Of a stretch of 64,000 nucleotides of DNA, positions 1-13,632 are shown piece by piece (within the stretch, counting starts at the first letter, position 1; the number at the start of each line of letters is the position of its first letter). Location of the stretch: NCBI GenBank assembly GCA_032718475.1, contig JAUCBJ010000065.1, positions 1-64,000 of the forward strand. Direction: 5' to 3'. Origin of the DNA: Nemertoderma westbladi. Taxonomy: Eukaryota; Animalia; Xenacoelomorpha. Made by a program: the position numbers and the translations under genes. The notes below the pieces were generated by a model. The model made no database searches. It was not told the origin of the DNA and was given only the letters and a program-made list of their open reading frames with translations.

Positions 1-330
1 TAAAACCATTAATAAATCGTTTTAACTACTTTAATATTTTCCTTTTGGTGCATTTTTGTAATTTTAATGGGACTAACTACAGTACTTACATAATCAATTT
101 TGCAATTGTAATTGTATAATAGGGTTGACTAAGTAACGTTTTCATTCAACTTAATAGAACATTCCGCACGTATGTGGTTAATTTTAATTATTTTTCAGAT
201 TTGCACCTACAGTAAAACCTTTAATATATACCGTCTTAATTACTTTAATCTTTCCTTTTTGTGCATTTTTGTAAATTTAGTTAGAATAACTACAGTACTT
301 ACTTAATTACGAATTATCTCCTTCTTTTCA
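1..330. repeat. Imperfect ~212-bp direct duplication (1-~120 vs ~213-330)
   Basis: TAAAACC..TACTTTAAT..TTTCCTTTT.GTGCATTTTTGTAA..TAACTACAGTACTTAC occurs at 1-90 and again at ~213-303. Confidence 0.7.
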
Positions 331-410
331 ATGTTGTTAATTTCTCAGTGTGTATATTTTGCTGTTGGCGGGATATTTAAATATTTGCAGTACTGTTTAA
401 GTAAATTAAA

Positions 411-450
411 GCCTGACGACGGTCTACCGTAAGGTGTCCGAAATATAGCC
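411..450 (+). ncRNA. Minimal type I hammerhead ribozyme-like motif, as found in Penelope-like element pseudo-LTRs
   Basis: GC-CTGACGA(413-419)-C-GG..TACC-GTAA-GGTG..CC-GAAA(440-443)-TATA-GC. Both core boxes are present, stem II has a GNRA loop and stem III is minimal and palindromic. Stem I is only 2 bp, so it may be decayed. Confidence 0.5.
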
Positions 451-1337
451 AAAAAACAATCTGTTTTTTCTATTTTTGTTTCCCATCCATTGTTCCGTTT
501 AAATACTTACGAATTTTTAATGATATTCATTGAAAACTCACGTGAACTTTCCCTTGCAAGTTCAAGATGTCATTTCAGAACATCAATATCTAATTATAAA
601 TTGTATACCGAAGCCAAACAAGTACGAGCGATTAAATGATACGCCCTGTAAAGTTATCACACAAATATTACAGATGTTGTCCTCCTAATGGCAATGTGTT
701 GATCGTGCGAACCCGGTCATAGTTTATTGGCGTTCTTATCCACAACGACTGGACTGGGTTAGCGACATGACAATCAATATTCCATATTCTTAAGTGATCC
801 ATAATGTGATTAGACCATGGCATAGTTATGAGCAAGAATGTGATAGTGGCACCTCGATGTCAAAACTGCTATCGCTATTCACTATCTTCGTCTGCTGCTC
901 AGGATCACTTGGGAATTAATGATTTATGAACATCTCAATAAATTCAGAGTTATATACATAATCATTATCTTACTATGCTAATTTATGTTTCCATGCAGAA
1001 AATCAACCAGAGAATGTTGCCATACTTAGTAAATGTATTTTAGAAATACAATAATGGTATAATGCTTTGCTTTGGTAGATGGGTTAGCTTCATGGGAAAT
1101 CCCTAAAATAAAATATCCAAGTGGTGAATTACCAAAATGTGTTTCCGAGCCGACTTTAACCTGTAGGCCTACAATATTGTAGATACAGTTGTAACTGTAC
1201 ATAAAGTAGTAACTATTATTGAGGATAGAGCAACCTGCAACTTTCAACATGAAACTTCTTGCGCCATCATACGCCCCAAACAGCCGATAGACTACAAACG
1301 ACACTGGTGCTCTTCTCTACTTTCGTTATAACGATCT

Positions 1338-2042
1338 ACATACTTGTGTGTAAAGTAGCACTTTACAGTGTGATGATCCGAGTGGCTTTGTTACACGAAC
1401 GAACGTTAGTGAGTGAGTGAAAATAAAGCCACGAGGATCAGAACACTGTAAAGTACTTTGCAACAAGTATGTATGTAGTTTTATTCAAAAATTGTAACAT
1501 TACAAAATGATTGTATATATTTACAAGTGATAGAAACTGCACAAATTAAATTAGTTGCTGTATAAATAAATGTAAAAATTACATAAATTATGTTATAAAA
1601 AAGTTAGCTTATATTTATGGTGTCGTTTGGAGCCATGTTAATAGTATAGCTACTGGTTAATAATAATAGTATAGCTATTGGTTATTAATAATAGTATAGC
1701 TACTGGTTATTAATAATAGTATAGCTACTGGTTATTAATAATAGTATAGCTACTGGTTATTATTAGCTACCGGTAGGTAATACAGTATGCCTATCTGGCT
1801 GTCAGGCAATTAATAATAAATACCAATTATTGTTTATGTGGTAACCATGGCGATCTTAAGTTTCAGGTTCACTTGCATAGAACGGATGCACTGTAAAGTC
1901 GCTCGGTTGGATCATTACAACATAACAATATATCACTAACAGGCCAATACAATGCTGTAATGTCCTCTAAAGTTGTAAAGTCCTAAATAACTACTCGCTG
2001 TTAATACTAACGGCATTGAGTAATGTTAGATTTTTGAATAAA
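1338..2042. mobile_element. Non-autonomous element with two nested inverted-repeat pairs and an internal 25-bp tandem repeat (second copy ~9321-10025)
   Basis: TACATACTTGT..ACTTTACAGTG..GATCC..GTGGCTTT / AAAGCCAC..GGATC..CACTGTAAAGT..ACAAGTATGTA (1338-1473). TTATTCAAAAAT..TAACATTAC (1481-1503) is inverted at 2020-2042. TAATAATAGTATAGCTACTGGTTAT occurs about 5 times at 1637-1770. Family not identified. Confidence 0.5.
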
Positions 2043-2130
2043 TAATATTATTTTTTATATTAAGATTTAACAAAACGAATCCCTTTTACACTACATTTGG
2101 CATTCATCACACTGAATCCAATCACCCACC

Positions 2131-3439
2131 TTTTATTTATTGATTCATTCATTTCCGGCTTATGCCCCGGAGGCTATATTCTTGATTAAAAGATCATAAT
2201 AAAAGATCTATAATAGTGTACGAAAACAACTCTGATAAAAGTGTAAAAATATACCCATGAAGTGCACCACAAGACAAAGCTAAGCTAATATTACATTTAT
2301 CGCTAAGTTCGATCCCAGCTCCACCGCATCAAATCCAATAATATCGCATCCTTCTTGTATTTAAGGATTCTCTTTATTTAAGATATTACAAATGTAAAAG
2401 TAATTAAAATCGTCTTTTATTAGTAGTTGTGTGGATAGGTCTTTCTTTAGAATGTGTCGTACGGAGTATTGATGAGTTGTAATCGAGGCCAGGCTTGGGA
2501 GACTCATTTCCCAGGCCCCAACTTTGTAGTCTTCAAATAAACTCATTCGCAATTATCCCGTTACTGCCTAGTGAGGGTGTGTGAAAAAAGGAAACGTAGT
2601 TTGCTATTATTCATCCAAATCTTCTTGGCGAATTGCTCGATGACATTTGCACTTGTAGCCGGCAAAGGTAGACCCAAGAATCTGCACAGTGGTTTGGCTG
2701 GGAATTTTAAGTTACCAACTAACTGTTAGGTTATCATCGACAGTGGCATAGTATAGTAACATTCATCTTTAACTTGTGCGCATCAAAAAATATTTGGCAG
2801 ATAGCAACCATTTTCCGTCTCACTTCTCATATTGGCCACCAATAGAACATCATCAGCATAACTGATGGCCACAAACGATTGCCCATGTATATGGATTACT
2901 AGATGCGATTTTTCTATTATAAGCAAACAGATCCGCCAGATATATGTTAAACAGTAAAGCTGACAGAACACCACACTTCAGCTGAAAAGGTTCCTTTTGA
3001 ATTGTGTTATTAATTTTAAGTACAGCTTGTGATTTCAGATAATAGGAGTATACGCTTTGCATAATCGAGGGGGCTAGGTTTCTAAATGCTAGCTTTTCAA
3101 ATAGTTTCGTGTAATTTACAGTATCGAAGGTGCTATTGAGGTCTAGGGACAAGAGATGTACTCTCGATCCCCCTTTGTTGAATCTCTTTATAAGTTGGCT
3201 GGCCAGCATATGTGGGGCTTCTGTATTAATTGTTGCCTTATAGCCCATCTGTAAGTCACTGGTTTGCACAGCTCGTATATCTTCAGCAATAATTAGTTTC
3301 TCCAAAACTTTAGCTAGGACTGAGATTACTGAAATGCCGCGGTAGCTGTCATTCCTGGATACATCCCTATCCTGTCCTTTGAGATGAGGTAAAAGTAAAG
3401 TTGTTGTGAATATGTTTGGAAAGTGGTGCGTAGATTTAA
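2131..3439 (-). mobile_element. 3' part of a decayed APE-type non-LTR retrotransposon (RT pseudogene, L2/CR1-group-like), duplicated copy
   Basis: RT motifs SYRGISVISVLAKVLE, LSLDLNSTFDTV, GVLSALLFNIY and ISYADD lie in shifted frames. The 3' end has a TCCGG/CCGGA stem-loop followed by an AATGAATGAATCAATAAATAAAA tail. Confidence 0.8.
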
Positions 3440-3996
3440 ATTTTAAATCACAAAATTTTAATTGAGAAGGTATTTTTTTATGATTATTGGACCTACTGAT
3501 CAGTTTATAAGACAACTTCAAGTCTCCGGAATGAAGACGTGACTCGAATAAGCGACTCTGCGGTCTTTGCGGGATTACACGGAATAGACTTATCGGTCAT
3601 CGGAGATCTTCAAAATGTATAATCTCTAGTTCTAGTGGTCGTACGAAGTTCGTTTTAGGCTCATTCGAAAGCTCTTTTCTTAGAGAACAAAGTTACCATT
3701 TGATTTAAGACAAAATGGTTGTAAAGCAACAAAACATGAATTTGGGTAAAATATGCCTTGCAAATTTTGTTCAAGTTATGATTGCTCAGGCAGCTTTCAA
3801 GAGTTTGCCAAACCAAATGGTAACTTTGGTCTCTGAGAAAAGAGCTTTCGAATGAGCCCTAAACGAACCCCGTATGACCACTAAAACTGGAGATTATAAT
3901 GAGATTATGGGAAAACGGTTTCCATATTTGGATTCAGCATGAAATTCTGCATCAGATAGGATATGTTCCAAAAATTCGACTTTTTCCCCCCCCTTA
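3440..3996. mobile_element. DNA-transposon/MITE fragment with an internal ~85-bp inverted repeat and a CCCCC-TTAA end (Kolobok-like terminus)
   Basis: 3618-3702 is the reverse complement of 3813-3898. The segment ends TTTTTCCCCCCCCTTAA and starts where the duplication ends. Confidence 0.45.
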
Positions 3997-4554
3997 AAGT
4001 AAAATGAATCCGAACATTTTAATAAAATAACAGTAAGGGTACTACGTCAAAGTTTCTGGCGGCAACATAAACTTTTGTACACTAGGATGTTCAGTTTAGT
4101 TGTACTATGAGATGGCACGGGTATTCATGACCTACTAAAAAATAGCTGTTTACGTACGTTGTTTAAAAATTGCTAAACTTGACTATTGAAGTGAATCATT
4201 AAAAAAATGTTTTAGAAAACTTTTATTATAAAATCTTTCAAAATTAAATGAAATTATTTTAAAAACGTGTGCCTACTAAATTGTGTACCTAGAATGTAGC
4301 TTTCATGGTCGTATATTTAGTACTGTAGGGCATGGCATGGGGGTATTGTTATGTTGTTGTGCACTTCAGTTTTAGATTTAGAACCAGATCGAAAAATAAA
4401 TATGAAGTTAAAGTAGATAATATATATATAAGATTATTGTTCTACAGTAGATTATAGTTATAAATTAAAATAAAGTTCGCGTTATGTTTCAGTTTATAAC
4501 GTTCCTCCCAAACCTGCTGTGCGGACGGATATTACGGAACATTGAGTTGAAGTA

Positions 4555-6376
4555 ATGGAATAGGGGGGAGTGTTAATGAATAGGGGGGAGTGTTAATGAA
4601 TAGGTGGGAGTGTTAATTAATAGGGGGGAGTGTTAATGAATAGGGGCGGGTGTTAATGAATAGGGGCGGGTGTTAATGAATAGGGGGAGTGTTAATGAAT
4701 ACGGGGGAGTGTTAATGAATAGGGGGGAGTATTAATGAATAGGGGGGAGGGTGTTAATGAATAGGGGGGAGTGTTAATGAATAGGGGGGTGTGTTAATGA
4801 ATAGGGGGCAGTGTTAATGAATAGGAGGGAGTGTTAATGAATAGGGGCGGGTGTTAATGAATAGGGGGGAGTATTAATGAATAGGGGGGAGGGTGTTAAT
4901 GAATAGGGGGGAGTGTTAATGAATAGGGGGGTGTGTTAATGAATAGGGGGCAGTGTTAATGAATAGGGGGAGTGTTAATGAATATGGGGGAGTGTTAATG
5001 AATATGGGGGAGTGTTAATGAATAGGGGGAGTGTTAATGAATAGGGGGGAGTGTTAATGAATAGGGGGGGTGTTAATGAATAGGGGGGAGTGTTAATGAA
5101 TAGGGGGGAGTGTTAATGAATAGGGGGGTGTTAATGAATAGGGGGGAGTATTAATGAATAGGGGGGAGGGTGTTAATGAATAGGGGGGAGTGTTAATGAA
5201 TAGGGGGGGTGTTAATAAATAGGGGGGTGTGTTAATGAATAGGGGGCAGTGTTAATGAATAGGGGGAGTGTTAATGAATATGGGGGAGTGTTAATGAATA
5301 TGGGGGAGTGTTAATGAATAGGGGGAGTGTTAATGAATAGGGGGAGTGTTAATGAATAGGGGGGAGTGTTAATGAATAGGGGGCAGTGTTAATGAATAGG
5401 GGGAGTGTTAATGAATATGGGGGAGTGTTAATGAATAGGGGGGGTGTTAATGAATAGGGGGGGTGTTAATGAATAGGGGGGAGTGTTAATGAATAGGGGG
5501 GAGTGTTAATGAATAGGGGCGGGTGTTAATGAATAGGGGGGAGTGTTAATGAATAGGGGCGGGTGTTAATGAATAGGGGGGAGTATTAATGAATAGGGGG
5601 GAGGGTGTTAATGAATAGGGGGGGGTGTTAATGAATAGGGGGGGTGTTAATAAATAGGGGGGTGTGTTAATGAATAGGGGGCAGTGTTAATGAATAGGGG
5701 GAGTGTTAATGAATATGGGGGAGTGTTAATGAATAGGGGGGAGTGTTAATGAATAGGGGGAGTGTTAATGAATAGGGGGGAGTGTTAATGAATAGGGGGG
5801 AGTGTTAATGAATAGGGGCGGGTGTTAATGAATAGGGGGGAGTATTAATGAATAGGGGGGAGGGTGTTAATGAATAGGGGGGAGTGTTAATGAATAGGGG
5901 GGGTGTTAATAAATATGGGGGTGTGTTAATGAATAGGGGGGACTGTTAATGAATAGGGGGGAGTGTTAATGAATAGCGGGGGGTGTTAATGAATAGGGGG
6001 AGTGTTAATGAATAGGGGGGAGTGTTAATGAATAGGGGGTGTTAATGAATAGGGGGGTGTGCTAATGAATAGGGGGCAGTGTTAATGAATAGGGGGAGTG
6101 TTAATGAATATGGGGGAGTGTTAATGAATAGGGGGGGTGTTAATGAATAGGGGGGGTGTTAATGAATAGGGGGGAGTGTTAATGAATAGGGGGAATATTA
6201 ATGAATAGGGGGAGTGTTAATGAATAGGGGGGAGTGTTAATGAATAGGGGTAATGTTAATGAATAGGGGGAGTGTTAATGAATATGGGGGAGTGTTAATG
6301 AATAGGGGGAGTGTTAATGAATAGGGGGAGTGTTAATGAATAGGGGGGAGTGTTAATGAATAGGGGGGAGTGTTAA
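4555..6376. repeat. G-rich minisatellite, ~20-bp unit TAGGGGGGAGTGTTAATGAA, ~90 copies
   Basis: Directly visible, with variable G-run length and recurring blocks of variant units. Confidence 0.97.
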
Positions 6377-7963
6377 GTCACTTCTGAGTTCTGCCATCCG
6401 ATGTGGTAAAGTTTGATTGAACTGTGTTTCGTTTTTGAAATAGTTGGGAAAGTTAGGATGTGGGATATCTATTGTATAAGTGGATGTCGTACATAAATAT
6501 AATTCATATAAATAAATTGAGTGGTAAAATTTCTATACTGTTTGTAGTAGCAGAGTTATGATTGTAGGTGAATGGCGAAAGAGTATATTTATTTTTTGTG
6601 CGAATTGGTTTTAAGGCTGTGGGTGGATGGGGGAGGGACAATTCCGTCCGTGAGGACCAGCCTGTACACAATCTTGTGATTTGGGGCAGCCTCATGAAGA
6701 AAATAAGCATGGCGGATAGATAACCCATGACTGACGCCTGAAATGAGGTTAATGAAGAGACAAATTTACACCGTAGTATTGTGGTACCAGTACAGAATAA
6801 AAATTGAGTAAAAGGCATTTGGCCCAAATATTATCTTAACCCACAACCCATTGTGAAATGAATTTAAGGGTATTCTTCTCTACTAGTTAGGCCTATATAT
6901 TTTTTACGTAATGTAATATATTTAGCTATTTCTCCTTTAAATATTAATTTACGGATAATATTATTATCCTAATTTGTTTGATTATTTGCATTATGTACAG
7001 TCAATTGAATTATTATAATATTGTATTTATTAAATATCTAAAAAAATAAAAAAAATTAAGGGGAATGATAAAATAATATAATGGGCATAATAAAATAGTA
7101 GGAGATAATTTATATTTAATTCGATTCTGCGGTTGTCAGGCAGCTACTGGGGTCCAGTGGGCAGCCTGTCACCAGGATAACGTGGAAGAACATAGTTTTA
7201 TCTTTTAATCTTCAAAAGTGCTAGATTACCACACTTGAAGTAGATTGTTATTTTCCTCTTAAGATATAGTGTGGAATTTCACGGCGAAACAAATTGACAA
7301 ATACCAAATTATTCTAAATGTAAACTTTTCGAAAATATATTTAAAATACTGTAATTATTGCTAAATGTATTTATATTTATGCCAGATCTATGGTTTAATA
7401 CGGACCATGGTAATGAATGCGTTGGCTAAAGTTATTTTTCATAAGTTAAGAAAGAAGGATTGCCCCCAATGATAACATATTCCCATGAACTAAATATTTA
7501 ACCCGATGAATCGATAGTACAAATACAGGTGGCCTCGGGTTATGTGAGGAGACTTGGAACTAAGATCACTTGAAACCGCCCTCGACATCCTTAATCAATA
7601 TACCGTAAGAATGTGTTGTACTTGCCAATTCATGCTAAACTCAATACACTGTGACAGAATAGTTTAATTTCGGTCAACTAAAATAAGTCATAAAAAGTGC
7701 TTCTTTCCAATACTTTTTTCTTATCGAAGAATATTTACTTATGTTGATTGTCGATGTTGTTTATTTCAATTGGTGTTATATAATTTTTGGTGACATTTTC
7801 ATCAATTTTGGTATAGACCCAATCCACTATTACCTGCATAATCATCTGCTGAGGAAATGACAAAAAGTGCTTCTTCTGTAATGTTACTGAAACCTCTCTA
7901 TAACAACTCCTGGAGCAGATACACCACTAGTTGCAGCTTGCAACGTAATGCAATACACCATAT

Positions 7964-8002
7964 ACCACACACACACATACACACACATACACACACATAT
8001 AC
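7964..8002. repeat. (CA)n/(CACATA)n microsatellite
   Basis: Directly visible. Confidence 0.85.
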
Positions 8003-8495
8003 AGGCCTACACCATATAAAAAATTAAAATTAATTAATTTAAATATATGAACATAATAATTCAAAATTACCGAAATTACAGGAATTATCAGATGATGCCA
8101 TCTATACTGATAAAGTATCTATTTTGTTAACTACATTGTCTGCCGACCATATGCGACCAATTTTGTTCCTATGTGAGATAATGGTGAGATGGTGCTGCTG
8201 CATTGGTCAATGAAAGATGTATGATATGAAACTGTTATTAAATTGAAAATATGTGGAGACTGAAGGTGATACTTATATAGGATTTTATTGAAATTAAACA
8301 TTAAAATAAATTCCCGTTATATTCATGTTGTTGATTGAACACAAGATAAATTGTCTGAAACTTGGAGGCAAACTTGGCCAGTTTGCATATAAATCGTCGC
8401 GAGCGATATTAAGTTCCTACTTAGTTGTGTTCTTTCTGAGCTATCTCCTTACCGAATATACAACGCCTAAACTTCAGGTTCGAAAATATATCAAT

Positions 8496-11422
8496 ATTTT
8501 TAATGATATTCATTGAAAACTCACGTGAACTTTCCCTTGCAAGTTCAAGATGTCATTTCAGAACATCAATATCTAATTATAAATTGTATACCGAAGCCAA
8601 ACAAGTACGAGCGATTAAATGATACGCCCTGTAAAGTTATCACACAAATATTACAGATGTTGTCCTCCTAATGGCAATGTGTTGATCGTGCGAACCCGGT
8701 CATAGTTTATTGGCGTTCTTATCCACAACGACTGGACTGGGTTAGCGACATGACAATCAATATTCCATATTCTTAAGTGATCCATAATGTGATTAGACCA
8801 TGGCATAGTTATGAGCAAGAATGTGATAGTGGCACCTCGATGTCAAAACTGCTATCGCTATTCACTATCTTCGTCTGCTGCTCAGGATCACTTGGGAATT
8901 AATGATTTATGAACATCTCAATAAATTCAGAGTTATATACATAATCATTATCTTACTATGCTAATTTATGTTTCCATGCAGAAAATCAACCAGAGAATGT
9001 TGCCATACTTAGTAAATGTATTTTAGAAATACAATAATGGTATAATGCTTTGCTTTGGTAGATGGGTTAGCTTCATGGGAAATCCCTAAAATAAAATATC
9101 CAAGTGGTGAATTACCAAAATGTGTTTCCGAGCCGACTTTAACCTGTAGGCCTACAATATTGTAGATACAGTTGTAACTGTACATAAAGTAGTAACTATT
9201 ATTGAGGATAGAGCAACCTGCAACTTTCAACATGAAACTTCTTGCGCCATCATACGCCCCAAACAGCCGATAGACTACAAACGACACTGGTGCTCTTCTC
9301 TACTTTCGTTATAACGATCTACATACTTGTGTGTAAAGTAGCACTTTACAGTGTGATGATCCGAGTGGCTTTGTTACACGAACGAACGTTAGTGAGTGAG
9401 TGAAAATAAAGCCACGAGGATCAGAACACTGTAAAGTACTTTGCAACAAGTATGTATGTAGTTTTATTCAAAAATTGTAACATTACAAAATGATTGTATA
9501 TATTTACAAGTGATAGAAACTGCACAAATTAAATTAGTTGCTGTATAAATAAATGTAAAAATTACATAAATTATGTTATAAAAAAGTTAGCTTATATTTA
9601 TGGTGTCGTTTGGAGCCATGTTAATAGTATAGCTACTGGTTAATAATAATAGTATAGCTATTGGTTATTAATAATAGTATAGCTACTGGTTATTAATAAT
9701 AGTATAGCTACTGGTTATTAATAATAGTATAGCTACTGGTTATTATTAGCTACCGGTAGGTAATACAGTATGCCTATCTGGCTGTCAGGCAATTAATAAG
9801 AAATACCAATTATTGTTTATGTGGTAACCATGGCGATCTTAAGTTTCAGGTTCACTTGCATAGAACGGATGCACTGTAAAGTCGCTCGGTTGGATCATTA
9901 CAACATAACAATATATCACTAACAGGCCAATACAATGCTGTAATGTCCTCTAAAGTTGTAAAGTCCTAAATAACTACTCGCTGTTAATACTAACGGCATT
10001 GAGTAATGTTAGATTTTTGAATAAATAATATTATTTTTTATATTAAGATTTAACAAAACGAATCCCTTTTACACTACATTTGGCATTCATCACACTGAAT
10101 CCAATCACCCACCTTTTATTTATTGATTCATTCATTTCCGGCTTATGCCCCGGAGGCTATATTCTTGATTAAAAGATCATAATAAAAGATCTATAATAGT
10201 GTACGAAAACAACTCTGATAAAAGTGTAAAAATATACCCATGAAGTGCACCACAAGACAAAGCTAAGCTAATATTACATTTATCGCTAAGTTCGATCCCA
10301 GCTCCACCGCATCAAATCCAATAATATCGCATCCTTCTTGTATTTAAGGATTCTCTTTATTTAAGATATTACAAATGTAAAAGTAATTAAAATCGTCTTT
10401 TATTAGTAGTTGTGTGGATAGGTCTTTCTTTAGAATGTGTCGTACGGAGTATTGATGAGTTGTAATCGAGGCCAGGCTTGGGAGACTCATTTCCCAGGCC
10501 CCAACTTTGTAGTCTTCAAATAAACTCATTCGCAATTATCCCGTTACTGCCTAGTGAGGGTGTGTGAAAAAAGGAAACGTAGTTTGCTATTATTCATCCA
10601 AATCTTCTTGGCGAATTGCTCGATGACATTTGCACTTGTAGCCGGCAAAGGTAGACCCAAGAATCTGCACAGTGGTTTGGCTGGGAATTTTAAGTTACCA
10701 ACTAACTGTTAGGTTATCATCGACAGTGGCATAGTATAGTAACATTCATCTTTAACTTGTGCGCATCAAAAAATATTTGGCAGATAGCAACCATTTTCCG
10801 TCTCACTTCTCATATTGGCCACCAATAGAACATCATCAGCATAACTGATGGCCACAAACGATTGCCCATGTATATGGATTACTAGATGCGATTTTTCTAT
10901 TATAAGCAAACAGATCCGCCAGATATATGTTAAACAGTAAAGCTGACAGAACACCACACTTCAGCTGAAAAGGTTCCTTTTGAATTGTGTTATTAATTTT
11001 AAGTACAGCTTGTGATTTCAGATAATAGGAGTATACGCTTTGCATAATCGAGGGGGCTAGGTTTCTAAATGCTAGCTTTTCAAATAGTTTCGTGTAATTT
11101 ACAGTATCGAAGGTGCTATTGAGGTCTAGGGACAAGAGATGTACTCTCGATCCCCCTTTGTTGAATCTCTTTATAAGTTGGCTGGCCAGCATATGTGGGG
11201 CTTCTGTATTAATTGTTGCCTTATAGCCCATCTGTAAGTCACTGGTTTGCACAGCTCGTATATCTTCAGCAATAATTAGTTTCTCCAAAACTTTAGCTAG
11301 GACTGAGATTACTGAAATGCCGCGGTAGCTGTCATTCCTGGATACATCCCTATCCTGTCCTTTGAGATGAGGTAAAAGTAAAGTTGTTGTGAATATGTTT
11401 GGAAAGTGGTGCGTAGATTTAA
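8496..11422. repeat. 2.93-kb direct duplication, copy 2 (continuous with the rest of the LINE)
   Basis: Near-identical to 513-3439. Confidence 0.95.
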
Positions 11423-11914
11423 TTTTGTTGTATATAAAAGTTAAGAAGACACAAAGGGGTTCAGAGATCCCAAGGATAAGATGTTATGCAAGGAGTCCAT
11501 GACCTTCAGCGAATTTAGCGACTTATTTGCAGTTCTTATGTCACTACAGGTTATAAATTTTATTTCTTGTCTATCTTGGTTTTGCAAGTTTGTCAAACTA
11601 GATGGTTTCGGTAGTTCTGAGCCAATGGTTTTGTCATCTAAAAAACTGTCTTTGTAGTGTTGGCGGAGTTGCGGAGTTGATTTGCATAGGTATCTGGGGT
11701 CGTTAATTCTTCTTTCTTTAATTGACGCCAAACTTTTGGTTGATTAGATCAGAAGTTTGGAGCTAGTTGTTTTGGATTTTTCCAAAAAGCTTTCCTCTAA
11801 GACAGTGCTTTATTCCTTACATATTTTAGGTGTACAATTTTCCGATTCGTTTGCCTTGAATGTAAAATGTGAAAAATTGGGGTATGGTCTGATGGGTTCA
11901 AATTACTGAAAGTA

Positions 11915-13632
11915 CTACTACTAGGATCGGCATGCTGCATTGCAGCTGCATTTTTAAGAATGCTGTGCCGGCTTGTCAACAAAATTGCGCCGCCACAACT
12001 CCCTATCACCCATGACATTTGCTAGATCATCCGCATCTTTAAGGCCAGTGTCCTTTAAGATGCGTCTCAAGAAAGTCATGGGCTGTCCACCATGCTTATT
12101 CACTCCATGAGGCTGCCAAAGTACAAGATTATGCACTGGCTGGTCCTCACGGCGAAAGCAATGTCCTGCAAAGCGGAGGCGATTTTGTTCTAGTGTCAAG
12201 CTTGGGGGAACCAATGAGACACCTCCAATGTTATATAGTGTCTGGTTGGAGATGTGTGCATTGTACTTGACACAATGTACCCGGCGTAGCATTCTTGTGA
12301 ATGTGCCATCCAGAGATTTGGTGTCCTCAGCAGTTAGAGCCCAGCATGGACTCCCATAGAGGAGTACTGGAACTACTGCTGCTCTAAATAATCGGACCTT
12401 AAGTTTCCGATTAATTCTAGGTGACTTCCAAATCCTGGAAAGCCTATTCAAGGCTGCCCATGCCTTTCCCTTACGTATTCGAAGGTCCTCACCCGACTTC
12501 CGGATCCATGATCCCAGGTAACAGAAGTCGTCCACATGCTCAAGCATACCATCCTTTGAGCTTATGCTCATTCGATCAGAGACTTGCTGAGGACTTTCAA
12601 AGTTAACTGTCAGAATTTTGGTCTTTCTGGAGTTAATAAAAAGACCAACACTAGAAGCAGCATGTTCTAATGAGCTGAGGAGCCGCTGGGCTCCCTCTAA
12701 TGATTCTGAGAGTACTCCTAGGTCATCAGCAAAGTCTAGATCAGTTAGGTACTTGGCAGGATTTCCTCGACTTCTGGAGCCAGTAGGTGGAGTTATCATC
12801 ACCCCATCATCATTATGATGATCTAAGGACATGCGTAGAACATAGTCAACCACAATAATGAACAAGAATGGTGCAAGTGTGTCTCCTTGGAGGACGCCCC
12901 ATAACACTTCAAATGGTTCTGTGTCACCGTCAACAGTAGACACAAATGTTGTCGAACCATCGTATACTGATCTGATTGCTGCAATAATTTCATCAGGAAT
13001 CCCATATAATGAAAGTATGATGAACATACGTGAGCGAGAGACTGAATCAAAGGCCTTGAAGAAGTCAACAAAGATAACAGCCAGATGCCTGTCTTTCTTT
13101 TTTGATAACTCTTCAATTATCCTTCTAAGTGCCAAAATGGGCTCCATGGTCCCACGACCTTTACGGAACCCATTCTGATTTCCACGTAGCAGTCTCTCAA
13201 TGGGATCCCTGATGCGATTTAATAGAATTCTATTGTATAGTTTTGCAGCAATCGAGATCAATGAGATTCCCCGAAAAGAACCATAGAGTGTTAGGTTGCC
13301 CTTCTTGGGAACTGGCACCAACTTATTTGTTTTCATTTCTTGTGGGACTCTTGTTGTACGGTACATGTCTACTATGATGGGATAGATGAGCTTTAAACAC
13401 TCAGGTATTTTAAAGACCTCAGGGGGAACACCATCTACTCCACTGGCACGATTAGTCTTAATGCTCTTTGCAGCAGCCTTCACTTCTGCAAAGGAGATAT
13501 CGCCAATGGGAATATCTGGGAGTACAGACTCAGACACTTTTACTTCTATAAAGTTATCAGGCAATACCCTGTCATTATTGAGGAGCTTTTCAAAGTGGGC
13601 TTTCCAACCATTGAGGCGATCGGCTGGTGGTT
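11915..13632 (-). mobile_element. 5'-truncated RTE-clade non-LTR retrotransposon with an open RT frame
   Basis: TSD TTACTGAAAGTA at 11903-11914 and 13633-13644, and a (TAG)n 3' tail. RT motifs FRGISL, QNGFR, FVDFFKAFD, GVLQGDTLAP, DFADD, and an RTE-type C-terminus (LYGSPCW, RLRFAGHCFR, LVLWQP). Confidence 0.92.

Larger units (their letters stand above)
513..3439. repeat. 2.93-kb direct duplication, copy 1
   Basis: Matches 8496-11422 at a constant offset of 7983. The ORF translations are identical, and I saw only one substitution (1817 T vs 9800 G). Confidence 0.95.

Noticed and set aside
1026-1304. 92-aa ORF present twice (also 9009-9287)
   Set aside because: Non-ATG start and no motifs; it recurs only because of the duplication.
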